57,272 bases of DNA, from assembly GCA_034670305.1 (NCBI GenBank), contig JAXMNT010000047.1:1-57272 (forward strand). The letters run 5' to 3'. The stretch comes from Deltaproteobacteria bacterium (GTDB lineage: Bacteria > Myxococcota_A > Polyangia > Polyangiales > Houyiibacteriaceae). A model generated the notes under the pieces. It saw only the letters and a list, made by a program, of their open reading frames with translations. It was not told the origin of the DNA and did not search any database. Position numbers and translations under genes: made by a program. This document shows positions 16,957-25,893 of this stretch, one piece after another; the stretch's first letter is position 1; each line of letters opens with the position of its first letter.

Positions 16957-17856
16957 GTGGACGTAAAGAAGACCCTCGAGTTCCTCCGCCGGCCAGGCGA
17001 CCCGCTTGATGAATCGATTGATCCCGGTGCCGCGGCGACCATCGCAGGGCTGACCCACACCGGCTGTGTTCGGGAGCGCAACGAGGACCAGTTCGTCATC
17101 GCGCAGCTCGAGCGCGGCATCCAAATCCAGCAATGTGGGTACGCGGGCAACGATGGACTGCGACTCGTCGACAAGCCGACCGGCCGTTTGATGCTGGTCG
17201 CCGACGGAATGGGTGGCCAGGTCAGCGGCGACGTGGCGAGCGCGGTGCTTCTCGACGCGATGCTGGGCTACGCGTACTCGATGATGCCGTGGTTGCGCAT
17301 GACCACCGCGGCGGACGAGCGCGCACTGGCCGACGGTCTGACCACGGCGGTGCAACGCGCGCAGCAGCGCATGCAAGAGGTCGCAGAGCGGAAGGGGCTT
17401 CACGGCGACATGGGCAGCACGCTGACCATGGGCTACTTGAGTTGGCCGACGCTCTACCTGGTCCACGTGGGCGACAGCCGTGCGTACCTCATGCGCGACG
17501 GGGAACTCTTCCGGCTGACGCGCGACCACAACCTCGCCGAGGAGATGGTCCGCATGGGCGCGATGACGCCCGAGGAAGCGCGGCGGTCCCGGTTCGCGTC
17601 CGTCCTCACCAACTCGGTCAGCACCTCGGACCAAGAGATCCGCGTGGAGCTCCATCAGGTCGATGCGCGGCAGGGAGACTTGGTGCTGCTCTGCACAGAC
17701 GGGCTCTATGGAGAGGTGGACGACAAGTTCATCAAGAGCCGGCTGATGCATGTCGTCAGCCCGGACCTCGTCGAGCCGTGCTTGAGTGCGATGGTCAAGG
17801 CCGCGCTCGACAACGGCGGTCGAGACAACGTCACCGCGATCCTCGCCCGATTCTGA
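16957..17856 (+). CDS. PP2C-family Ser/Thr protein phosphatase
   Basis: THTGCVRERNEDQF, VADGMGG, HVGDSRAY, LTRDH, LLCTDGL, GGRDNVT. Start uncertain. Confidence 0.93.
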   Translation: MDVKKTLEFLRRPGDPLDESIDPGAAATIAGLTHTGCVRERNEDQFVIAQLERGIQIQQCGYAGNDGLRLVDKPTGRLMLVADGMGGQVSGDVASAVLLDAMLGYAYSMMPWLRMTTAADERALADGLTTAVQRAQQRMQEVAERKGLHGDMGSTLTMGYLSWPTLYLVHVGDSRAYLMRDGELFRLTRDHNLAEEMVRMGAMTPEEARRSRFASVLTNSVSTSDQEIRVELHQVDARQGDLVLLCTDGLYGEVDDKFIKSRLMHVVSPDLVEPCLSAMVKAALDNGGRDNVTAILARF

Positions 17857-17922
17857 AACTGCGCTGCTCGATCAACGCCGGTCCGACTCGACTCAGGCCG
17901 CGTGCGACGTACCATCTACCGC

Positions 17923-19074
17923 ATGAAGAAGCGCCGCTATCTCTTCGAGACCGAAGAACACGAGGCACTGCGTGAGCAGATGCGGGGTTGGGCACGCAAC
18001 GCGATCGCGCCGTTCGCCCACGAGTGGGAAGAGGCCGAAGAGTTTCCGCTGACACTCTACGGTCAGATGGCGGAGGCCGGGCTGCTCGGCCTCGGCTACG
18101 ACGAAACGCTGGGAGGCGGGGGGGGCGACCTCTCCCATGTGCTGGTCGCGGCCGAAGAGATGGTGCTCGCGGGCAAGTCCGTCGGCACCACGGTCGGACT
18201 CGGAAGTCACGGCATCGCGCTGCCGCCGATCGTGCGGTTCGGAACCGACGACCAGAAGAAGCGGTTCGTGCGCCCAGTGCTCGAGGGCAAGAAGGTGAGC
18301 GCGCTGGGCATCACCGAACCGGGCGGCGGCTCCGATGTGGCGTCTCTCCAAACGAAAGCCATCAAGGACGGAGACCATTACGTGGTGAACGGCGCGAAGA
18401 CGTTCATCACCTCCGGATGCCGTGCCGACTTCGTCACGACCGCGGTGCGCACCGGCGGCCCGGGCCACGGTGGCGTCAGCCTGCTCGTCATCGAGCGCGA
18501 CACGCCGGGCTTCCGCGTCAGCAAGAAGCTGCACAAGACCGGCTGGTGGGCGAGCGACACCGCGGAGCTCTCGTTCGAAGACTGCCGGGTTCCGGTGAAG
18601 AACCTGATCGGGATCGAGAACGCGGGGTTCCTCGCCATCATGACCAACTTCGTGACCGAACGGTTGATGCTTGCGGGGCAGTGCGTGGCGATCGCCGAGC
18701 TCGCCTACCGAGAGTCGGTGGCGTACGCGAAGGAACGGCGCGCGTTCGGCAAGACCCTCACCGGGTTCCAGGTCCAGCGCCACAAGCTCGCCGACATGTG
18801 CACCCGGCTCGCCGCTGCGCGGGCGCTCACCGGCGAGTGCGTGCAGCGGTTCTTGCGGGGCGACGAAGATCCAGGCCTGGCGGCGATGGCCAAGAACACG
18901 GCGACCGACATGTGCAGCTTCGTCTGCGACCAGGCGGTTCAGGTGCACGGTGGCTACGGGTACATGCGGGAGTACGTCGTCGAGCGACTCTACCGAGACG
19001 CGCGTCTGTACCCGATCGGCGGAGGCACGCGCGAGATCATGAACGAGATCATCAGCAAGACCGAGGGATACTGA
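17923..19074 (+). CDS. Acyl-CoA dehydrogenase
   Basis: ALGITEPGGGSDVA, NGAKTFITSG, ERRAFGK, QVHGGYGYMRE, YRDARLYPIGGGTREIM. Confidence 0.95.
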   Translation: MKKRRYLFETEEHEALREQMRGWARNAIAPFAHEWEEAEEFPLTLYGQMAEAGLLGLGYDETLGGGGGDLSHVLVAAEEMVLAGKSVGTTVGLGSHGIALPPIVRFGTDDQKKRFVRPVLEGKKVSALGITEPGGGSDVASLQTKAIKDGDHYVVNGAKTFITSGCRADFVTTAVRTGGPGHGGVSLLVIERDTPGFRVSKKLHKTGWWASDTAELSFEDCRVPVKNLIGIENAGFLAIMTNFVTERLMLAGQCVAIAELAYRESVAYAKERRAFGKTLTGFQVQRHKLADMCTRLAAARALTGECVQRFLRGDEDPGLAAMAKNTATDMCSFVCDQAVQVHGGYGYMREYVVERLYRDARLYPIGGGTREIMNEIISKTEGY

Positions 19075-19964
19075 TGGGCTGGGAGCCGTTTGACACCTGG
19101 CCGGGCGGGTCTTCTGAGGGAGGCGCGTTTCGAGGGCGCTCGGAGCCGATCGAAGCCGAGCGCCGAGGCTTGTCCGGACTCGAACGGCTGCAGCTCTTCT
19201 TTCAGTCGAGCCCCGACTTCCCGGACAAGCGGGTGGCTCGGCGTGCGGTGCTCACCCCCAATCACCTGTACGTGGCGCGCATGGACGGCACCGAAGCACG
19301 GGTCGCCCGGACGGCGCTGCGCGGGGTACGCCACATGGGGCGGCTCACGGTGCTCGGGGTGGTCGACGACGAGGACGTGCTCTTGCCTCGCCGGCTCGGG
19401 TGTCCGCTGCAGGACGCGCTCGTTCTGCAACTCGGTGAGCAGCCGCCGATCCACATTCCGTTCGCACGGGTGCTCGGTTTGATCATGACGCTCATCACGG
19501 GGCTCATCGCGGCGGCTGTCTTCTCTGAGTACAGCTACGCGACTTGGCGGCGGCACTGGGGCATGGGCCTGTCGACCTCGGAGTCCAGCCTTGGGTTCTA
19601 CGCCGGCGTCGGCGTGTGCCTGCTCGGGTTGCTGTTCTTTCTCTGGATCCCCACCCGTCTCGTGATCGATGAAACCGGCGTGACGCGTCGGCGGGGATTC
19701 ATCCCCTGGATGTCGTTTCACTATCCGCCAGAGAAGTTCTCTGGTGTCCGGGTCCTGCCCGTCTACGACCAACCCCGACGGGGCGGCCGAGTGCTGGCAG
19801 GTCACGGGGTCGTGCTGACCTTCCACAGCCCGATGCGTTTTGGCTCGATGTTGCCCGCAACCCGTACCCGCCTTCGCAACTTCGGGCTGAGCATGATGGG
19901 CACGTCGGAAGCCGAGATGTTTGCCCAACGGGTGGCGACGCTGCTCTCGGTACCGAGACAGTAA
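19074..19964 (+). CDS. Hypothetical membrane protein (two TM helices, PH-like C-terminal part)
   Basis: ATG overlaps the upstream stop (TGATG); TM segments VLGLIMTLITGLIAAAVF and FYAGVGVCLLGLLFFLWI. Confidence 0.65.
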   Translation: MGWEPFDTWPGGSSEGGAFRGRSEPIEAERRGLSGLERLQLFFQSSPDFPDKRVARRAVLTPNHLYVARMDGTEARVARTALRGVRHMGRLTVLGVVDDEDVLLPRRLGCPLQDALVLQLGEQPPIHIPFARVLGLIMTLITGLIAAAVFSEYSYATWRRHWGMGLSTSESSLGFYAGVGVCLLGLLFFLWIPTRLVIDETGVTRRRGFIPWMSFHYPPEKFSGVRVLPVYDQPRRGGRVLAGHGVVLTFHSPMRFGSMLPATRTRLRNFGLSMMGTSEAEMFAQRVATLLSVPRQ

Positions 19965-19971
19965 GGATTCG

Positions 19972-20154
19972 TTACTTCATCGGGTCGTCGTAGTCGGGCT
20001 CGGGCGGCTCTTCTTCGGCGGCCTCTTCGGAACCCGACGTCGTGTAGGTCTCGTCGGTTGGCGTGGTGGACGAACTCTCTTCGTCGCCACCGCCGCATGC
20101 GACGAACGTGAGGCCGAGGACGGAGATCAGGAGGAGGTGGAGCAATCGGGTCAT
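19972..20154 (-). CDS. Small acidic lipoprotein (60 aa), last gene of the MNIO operon
   Basis: MTRLLHLLLISVLGLTFVAC signal/lipobox then GGGDEESSSTT.. acidic tail; starts 13 nt after the upstream stop. Confidence 0.65.
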   Translation of the reverse strand: MTRLLHLLLISVLGLTFVACGGGDEESSSTTPTDETYTTSGSEEAAEEEPPEPDYDDPMK

Positions 20155-20167
20155 GCGTCTGCCAGGG

Positions 20168-20935
20168 TCAGGGTGAAGGAACAGAATCGGATCGGCTGCC
20201 GAGCACGATGCCGCGGCCGAGGTAGTCTTCCAAGAGCGTCGCGAGGGATTCGATGAACTTCGGACCGGTGCGGGTGTCGCGGCGCTTCGCCACCTCTTGG
20301 GTCAACGCCGCCAGCGTCTGGTCTGCGTTTGCCGGGTCGGTCCACGCCACGACCAAATCCCGGGCGAGCGGGTTCAAGAGCAGCGTGATCGCTTTGAACT
20401 CGGCCGAGCGGTACATCAGCAGGTGCAGCGGCTTCTTTTCGTACGCGTCGCGGTGCGGATCCGCATGTGGCTGTACGTCGTACCGGAGGTCGATCATCTC
20501 GAGCGCCGGGTTCATCACGATCGGTCGCTCGAACGAGAGGGGACCCACCGGCGGGACGTCCCGATCGTCGACGTGAAGGATGCGCCAGGCCATCAACTCG
20601 AAGCGGGCGAGCTCGCCGAGCCAGGGCGACTTCGTGTCGGCGTCGAACGCGCTCTGCTGCTGCGCCAGAAATCCCTCGGGTACGTGACGGAAATACCGCT
20701 CGGTGGGAGGCGCAGCCGCCAGCCACTCGGTGCAGGCGTGTTCGAACCGCTCGGTGCCGAGCGCCGCGACCAGGCGGGGCATGGCCGCGCCCACCACGCG
20801 CGTCAGCCGCGCGCGGACCATGCTGCGGTAGTCCCGCCAGCGTTCGACCGATCCGAGCAGTGCGAGGTCCTCGTCGGAGGGCACCGCGTCGAAGCAGACC
20901 CGAGCGGCGGCGCGCTCGCGTTCGCGGAGTGACAT
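20168..20935 (-). CDS. DUF2063-like MNIO partner protein (HvfC/BufC-like)
   Basis: WRDYRSMVRARL...MPRLVAALG..F..ACTEWLA..PP..Y, PWLGELARFE, NPAL..L.Y.V pattern; directly downstream of DUF692. Confidence 0.8.
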   Translation of the reverse strand: MSLRERERAAARVCFDAVPSDEDLALLGSVERWRDYRSMVRARLTRVVGAAMPRLVAALGTERFEHACTEWLAAAPPTERYFRHVPEGFLAQQQSAFDADTKSPWLGELARFELMAWRILHVDDRDVPPVGPLSFERPIVMNPALEMIDLRYDVQPHADPHRDAYEKKPLHLLMYRSAEFKAITLLLNPLARDLVVAWTDPANADQTLAALTQEVAKRRDTRTGPKFIESLATLLEDYLGRGIVLGSRSDSVPSP

Positions 20936-20937
20936 CG

Positions 20938-21813
20938 TCACGACCCTGCGCTTCCATCGGCGACCGACGGAACAGCCGCCGTCTGGTTTGTGGACGTGGC
21001 GCGCGCGTACACGACACCGAGTCGCTGCACTTCGTCGATGAGTTCCTGCAGTGGCGGCACGTTGTTGTCGCGCTCGAGCAGCACCGGCTTCGGTCCGGTG
21101 CGGCGGAGGGTGTACTCGAGCAAGTCGTACACCTCGTCGCAGACCGATTCTCCGTGGGTGTCGATGCGCAAGCCGTCCGGCCGCACCAGGTGACCGGCCA
21201 CGTGCATCTGCACGATGCGCTCGGGTGGAATCATGTCGATCCAGGACCGCGGATCGAAGCCGAAGTTCCGGCTGTTCACGAAGACGTTGTTCACGTCGAG
21301 CATGATCTTGGCGCCGGTGCGCTCCAGCACCTCGACGCAAAAGCGTGCTTCGTCGAGCCCGTCCTCGCCCTGCGGCGCGTAGTAGCTGACGTTCTCGAAC
21401 GCGATCTCGACGTCGAGCGCGTCCTGCGCCTGCCTTATCCGGTCGCTCACCGTCTGGACCGCTTCTTCATGAAACGGCAGCGGGAGGAGGTCGTGCACGA
21501 AGGCGCCGTCCGCGCCGCCGAAGCAGAGGTGGTCGCTGTGCCACGGCGCATCGACTTCCCGGAGGAACGACTTGAGTTCGGCGAGGAACTCCCGGTCGAA
21601 CGGGTCGGTGTGCCCGAAGCACATGGTGAGGCCGTGGGTCAGCAGCGGGTAGCGGTCCCGCACCTCGTTCAGATTTCGCCGGTAGAGTCCGCCGCGCTTT
21701 GCGTAGTTCTCCGGGTGCACCTCCACGAACTTCACGTCGCTCGGAAGCTGCGCGAGAAAGTCGGCGGCCATGTCGATGCGAAAGCCGAGACCGATGCCGT
21801 GGAGGGTGGTCAT
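20938..21813 (-). CDS. DUF692 family multinuclear non-heme iron oxidase (MNIO; MbnB/TglH/HvfB/BufB family)
   Basis: GIGLGFR, FVEVHPENY, THGL, WHSDHLCF, DLLPLPF, ENVSYY, LDVNNVFVN, HVAGH, IDTHG, LLERD. Confidence 0.95.
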   Translation of the reverse strand: MTTLHGIGLGFRIDMAADFLAQLPSDVKFVEVHPENYAKRGGLYRRNLNEVRDRYPLLTHGLTMCFGHTDPFDREFLAELKSFLREVDAPWHSDHLCFGGADGAFVHDLLPLPFHEEAVQTVSDRIRQAQDALDVEIAFENVSYYAPQGEDGLDEARFCVEVLERTGAKIMLDVNNVFVNSRNFGFDPRSWIDMIPPERIVQMHVAGHLVRPDGLRIDTHGESVCDEVYDLLEYTLRRTGPKPVLLERDNNVPPLQELIDEVQRLGVVYARATSTNQTAAVPSVADGSAGS

Positions 21814-21876
21814 TCAGTGCGGGGTGGGTTGGCGGACTGCACGCCGGAATTGTGGGGACCGGCGCCAGAAACGCAA

Positions 21877-21905
21877 ATGCCGCGGTGCAAAACGCACCGC
21901 GGCAT
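21877..21905 (-). terminator. Hairpin between precursor and MNIO gene
   Basis: Perfect 12-bp stem ATGCCGCGGTGC-AAAAC-GCACCGCGGCAT; followed on the minus strand by TTGCGTTTCT. Confidence 0.65.
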
Positions 21906-21930
21906 CGCGATCAACTCACAGGGCTGAGGT

Positions 21931-22212
21931 TCAGCCGCAGGAGCCCTCACCGCAGGAGGCTTCGCCACCTTCGGCTGCTGCGTCGTCGCCAGCAGCCGGG
22001 GCCGCCGCTTCGCCGCCACACGAGGCCTCGCCACCTTCCGGTGTCGCCTCACCACCACACGACGCTTCTCCGCCGCAGGAACCTTCGGTGGCTTCGCCGC
22101 CGCCCGTTCCTTCGCCGCCCGATGCCGCGCCGCCGTCGTCTCCACCGCCACAGCCCATTCCAAGAGCCGCCGTCGCCATCGCAACAAGGGTGTGCTTCAA
22201 AGCCGAGTTCAT
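21931..22212 (-). CDS. RiPP precursor peptide (93 aa): lipoprotein-type signal + five E[GA]SCG motifs
   Basis: GGAGG SD; MNSALKHTLVAMATAALGMGC then EGSCG, EASCG x3, EGSCG at the C-terminus; directly upstream of DUF692. Confidence 0.85.
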   Translation of the reverse strand: MNSALKHTLVAMATAALGMGCGGGDDGGAASGGEGTGGGEATEGSCGGEASCGGEATPEGGEASCGGEAAAPAAGDDAAAEGGEASCGEGSCG

Positions 22213-22282
22213 GTCCAACCTCCAAAAATCGGTTCCACTCACCGCATCGCTACAAAAAGCAACCATCCGTCGCGCGATGCGC

Positions 22283-22299
22283 CCGTACACTGTGTACGG
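22283..22299. promoter_or_regulatory. Perfect palindrome, candidate operator in divergent promoter region
   Basis: CCGTACAC-T-GTGTACGG between the precursor gene and the divergent peptidase. Confidence 0.45.
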
Positions 22300-22425
22300 A
22301 GAGATGATTCGGGGGACGCTACCCAAAGGCAGAAAGGACTTCAAGCCTTTCTGCTGAGATGGTCAGTGTCATCCGAACCCTGCGTATGCTGCAGTACGAG
22401 GGACGTTTCGCCCGAGATCGCATCC

Positions 22426-23907
22426 ATGTCCAATAAAATGCGCATTCCCCGTCAAAAGCAGGGTGAAACGGCGGAGTTATTTGTCCGTCTTGCCGCGGGA
22501 CGGTGGCTCGCGGGGTTCGGGGTGTTGGCGTTTTTCTGTGGCTGCGCGGCCGGTCAACATCCCGCCGAGGAGACGGGGCTGCTGGCAAACAGCCAGTTTC
22601 ACTATGAAATAACCTCCTCCCCTGGTTTCTCGCACCTCCAGGTTCGGGTGTGTTTCGAAGGGAACCCGCCTCGAAGGCTGGTCGCCATCCGCGATCGCGC
22701 GGCCGATCTGCTCGTTCAGGCCCATGGCCCAGGCGGCGAGCCGCTGACGATCGCGGGGTCGGCCATCGATCTCGGCCGCCTCACCCCGGGCAGCTGCATT
22801 CGGTACGCGGTGGATCTGGGCTTCGGTGGCTGGGGACGCGATCTGGTCCGCCACGACAACGATCTGCTCCTCTCTCACAACCTGCTGTTGTGGTGGCCTG
22901 AGGGCGCGGGTTCGGACGCGGAGATCGACGTTCGTTTCTCGTTGCCGGGCACGCACGCGAGCGCTCCGTGGATCCAAGGCGACGGTCCCCATACGCTGAC
23001 CGGCGCGGATCTGCAGCGGGCCGGCAACCTCGCGCTCACCGAGGCGCCGACGTTCTCGATGACGGAGGGCGAGACGACGGTGGAGGTGGCGGTGATGAAG
23101 GGTGCGCTCAGCGTCGACCGCGCCGGGCTGCAGCGCTGGCTCTCGAGCGCGGTGCAAGCGGTGTCGACGATCTCGGGTCGCTTTCCGCGCCCGCACCTGC
23201 ATCTGGTCGTGGTGCCGATCGGCGAGGGCAGCGCGCCGGTGGCGTTCGGGCTCGTGCGCCGAGGAGGCGGTCCCTCGGTCATGCTTCTCGTCCACGACAA
23301 CGCGACAGAAGAACGCCTCACGGCGGACTGGACCGCCATCCATGAGCTGACCCATCTCGCGATGCCCCAGATGTACAGCGAGGACCGCTGGCTCTCCGAG
23401 GGCTTTGCGACCTACTACCAGGAAGTGCTTCGGGTCCGAGCCGGGCTGCTCGAGGAGAAGGAAGCGTGGCGGCGGCTCGTCGACCGGATCGCGGGGGCCG
23501 GGGAACGGGGCGGCGGTCGGGACCTCTGGCAAACGTCTGCCGAGTTCTCCGACGTGCAGCGCATCTACTGGGGGGGCACGGCATTCATGCTCACCGCGGA
23601 CGTGGCCCTGCGCGAACACGGGAGTTCGCTCGACCGAGTGGTGACCGAGGCCCAGCCGGCGTGGCTCGAGACCGCCGACCGCACCTGGCACGGCCGGCAG
23701 TGCTTCGCGGAGCTCGATGCCGCGTTCGGCCAGCCACTCTTGTTGCCGCTGGTCGAACAGCACGGGCGACGGAGGTCGCTGCCACCGATGGACGCGCTCT
23801 TCGCGCGCCTCGGCGTGGTCCGAACCGAAGCCGGGATCGAGTTCGACGAACACGCGCCCCTCGCCCCCGTCCGTCGCGCGATCATGGCGCGTGCGGCCGC
23901 CCAGTAG
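22426..23907 (+). CDS. Gluzincin metallopeptidase (M61/M1-like), probable lipoprotein
   Basis: IHELTHL..WLSEGFATYY (HExxH..E), RIYWGG; LAFFCGC lipobox-like. Start uncertain. Confidence 0.8.
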   Translation: MSNKMRIPRQKQGETAELFVRLAAGRWLAGFGVLAFFCGCAAGQHPAEETGLLANSQFHYEITSSPGFSHLQVRVCFEGNPPRRLVAIRDRAADLLVQAHGPGGEPLTIAGSAIDLGRLTPGSCIRYAVDLGFGGWGRDLVRHDNDLLLSHNLLLWWPEGAGSDAEIDVRFSLPGTHASAPWIQGDGPHTLTGADLQRAGNLALTEAPTFSMTEGETTVEVAVMKGALSVDRAGLQRWLSSAVQAVSTISGRFPRPHLHLVVVPIGEGSAPVAFGLVRRGGGPSVMLLVHDNATEERLTADWTAIHELTHLAMPQMYSEDRWLSEGFATYYQEVLRVRAGLLEEKEAWRRLVDRIAGAGERGGGRDLWQTSAEFSDVQRIYWGGTAFMLTADVALREHGSSLDRVVTEAQPAWLETADRTWHGRQCFAELDAAFGQPLLLPLVEQHGRRRSLPPMDALFARLGVVRTEAGIEFDEHAPLAPVRRAIMARAAAQ

Positions 23908-23910
23908 AGC

Positions 23911-25776
23911 TCAGCCCAGCGCCAGCGCGCAGAGGCTGAGGGCGATCGTCATCACGCCTACGAAACCAACCGCCGCCGTCGCGAGGAAACGGTCGCGGGA
24001 CCAGGGCGGGCCCACCGTGGCCATCGCGAGTGCCTGGGTCTCTGGCCCGATCGCAGCTCGAGACGGCGCCCTCGCCTCGCCCGGGACGACCTTGGGGAAC
24101 GCGATCTGCCGCTGAGGCGGGGGATGCTGCGTCTGATGGTGTGAGAAGGAGCCGAGCAAAGCTGGCGTCGGGACAGGGGCTCTGCGCGTGAGGTGGGCGG
24201 GCGGCGGTGGCGGAGGCGGAGGCACCGCGCGGCCGGCGCCTCGGAGGGTCGGCTTGCGGGAACCGCGCTGCCGAATCGCGGCGCGTGTGGGCGGCGGTGG
24301 CGGCGCACTGGGCGTGCGTTCCGCAGCCCGCCTCGAGGGAAGGGCGGTGCGCGCTGGCGGCGGGGGCACGCGCGGCGACAACTTCGGAGGAGGCGGCGGG
24401 ACACTCGGTCGTGCCAGGTTCGGAGGAGGCGGCGGGACGCTCGGTCGTGCAAGCTTCGGAGGAGGCGGCGGGGCGCTCGATCGTGCCAGCTTCGGAGGAG
24501 GCGGCGGGGCGCTCGATCGTGCCAGCTTCGCGGAAGGCGGCGGGGCGCTCGATCGTGCCAGCTTCGCGGGAGGCGGCGGGGCGCTCGATCGTGCCAGCTT
24601 CGCGGGAGGCGGCGGGGCGCTCGATCGTGCCAGCTTGGGAGGGGGCGGAGGGATGCTCGACGCCCGTGCCCGCTTCGGCGGAGCAGGGAGCGCGATGGCG
24701 GCGCCGGTCATGATCGGCGCGGCCGAGGGCTGGGTGGGGTCGGCCGGTGCGCCCGCGAACTGGGCAGACGGTGCCGAACATGCGGCTCGGTGCGACACTC
24801 CGGACCGAGACCGCGCCGGCGGGACGACAGGCGACACCCGGGTGGAGATCCGAGCGCCGCGCCTGGCCGCGCGGCGACGACCCCGGCTCGTGCCAGGGGA
24901 GAAGACCGAGTCCTCGCAGAGCCGCTCGAGTTCCTCCCCGATCTCCGCGAGGTTCGGACGCAGCGCTGGGTTCACGTTCAAGGCGCGTTCGACGAGCCTG
25001 CCAAGCCGCGGGTCGCAGTCGGTGTGTGCGCGGTGCGGTCCGGGGTGGCCGCCTTCGAGCACGGCTGCGACGAGCTCCTTGGCCGACTCCGCGTCGGCGA
25101 AGGGACGGCGGCCGCTTCCCGCCACGAACATCACCATGCCCCAGCCGTAGACATCGGTCGCGGTCCGGGCTTCGGCCGAGCCGGCGCCGGTCAACTGCTC
25201 GGGCGCCATCATGCGCAACGTGCCGACAGGCCGCCCCGGTGTGGTGATCGACTCTCCTTCGGCCAGGCCCACGTTGGCCTCTCCCAGGAACCGGCAGATC
25301 CCGAAGTCGATCAGCCGGGCGCGCTCGACGGAGGAGGTTCCTTCGAATGCCGTCGGGAGCAGGACGTTGGCGGGTTTCACGTCGCGGTGGACGACGCCGG
25401 CGCGTCGGATGTCGCGCAGTGCTTGAAGCAGGTCGCGCGCGATGCGTACGAGGCTCGCTTGTCCAAGCGCTCCGTGGGTCCGCACCCAGTCGTGGAGCGT
25501 CTCGCCGGCGATGTATTCCATCGCCAAGAAGCGTCCGACGCGATCGTCGGTTCCGATCGCCAACGCGTGCGGTACATGGCTGCTCCGCACCAGCCGGGCC
25601 GCGCGGCATTCGCGTTCGAAGCGGCGCTCCGCATCGGTTCCGAGGAGGTGGGGGAGCACGTGTTTGACCGCCACCGGGGGACCTCCTCGGGTGTCGTGCG
25701 CGAGCACCACCCGGCCCATGCCACCCTTTGCGATCTCCCGCTCCACTCGAAACCGCCCGCCGATCGTCTCGTCCAT
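23911..25776 (-). CDS. Ser/Thr protein kinase (Hanks type) with Pro-rich repeats and C-terminal TM
   Basis: KGGMGRV, VAVK, HRDVKPAN, DFG, APEQ, TDVYGWG; terminal hydrophobic helix. Confidence 0.92.
   Translation of the reverse strand: MDETIGGRFRVEREIAKGGMGRVVLAHDTRGGPPVAVKHVLPHLLGTDAERRFERECRAARLVRSSHVPHALAIGTDDRVGRFLAMEYIAGETLHDWVRTHGALGQASLVRIARDLLQALRDIRRAGVVHRDVKPANVLLPTAFEGTSSVERARLIDFGICRFLGEANVGLAEGESITTPGRPVGTLRMMAPEQLTGAGSAEARTATDVYGWGMVMFVAGSGRRPFADAESAKELVAAVLEGGHPGPHRAHTDCDPRLGRLVERALNVNPALRPNLAEIGEELERLCEDSVFSPGTSRGRRRAARRGARISTRVSPVVPPARSRSGVSHRAACSAPSAQFAGAPADPTQPSAAPIMTGAAIALPAPPKRARASSIPPPPPKLARSSAPPPPAKLARSSAPPPPAKLARSSAPPPSAKLARSSAPPPPPKLARSSAPPPPPKLARPSVPPPPPNLARPSVPPPPPKLSPRVPPPPARTALPSRRAAERTPSAPPPPPTRAAIRQRGSRKPTLRGAGRAVPPPPPPPPAHLTRRAPVPTPALLGSFSHHQTQHPPPQRQIAFPKVVPGEARAPSRAAIGPETQALAMATVGPPWSRDRFLATAAVGFVGVMTIALSLCALALG
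24385..24636 (-). repeat. Seven 36-bp coding tandem repeats (KLARSSAPPPP[AP])
   Basis: Near-identical 36-nt units containing ggcggcggggcgctcgatcgtgccagctt. Confidence 0.9.
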
Positions 25777-25893
25777 GGGGCTCGAGTTTGCAACGTGTGT
25801 GCCGAGGGCATTCGGCGGCCCTTCGCTCGAGCGTGTGTCCGCCCAGACATCGGCCGCGCATTGCCGGGGGTCTGCTGTCTCCAGAGGCGCCCG

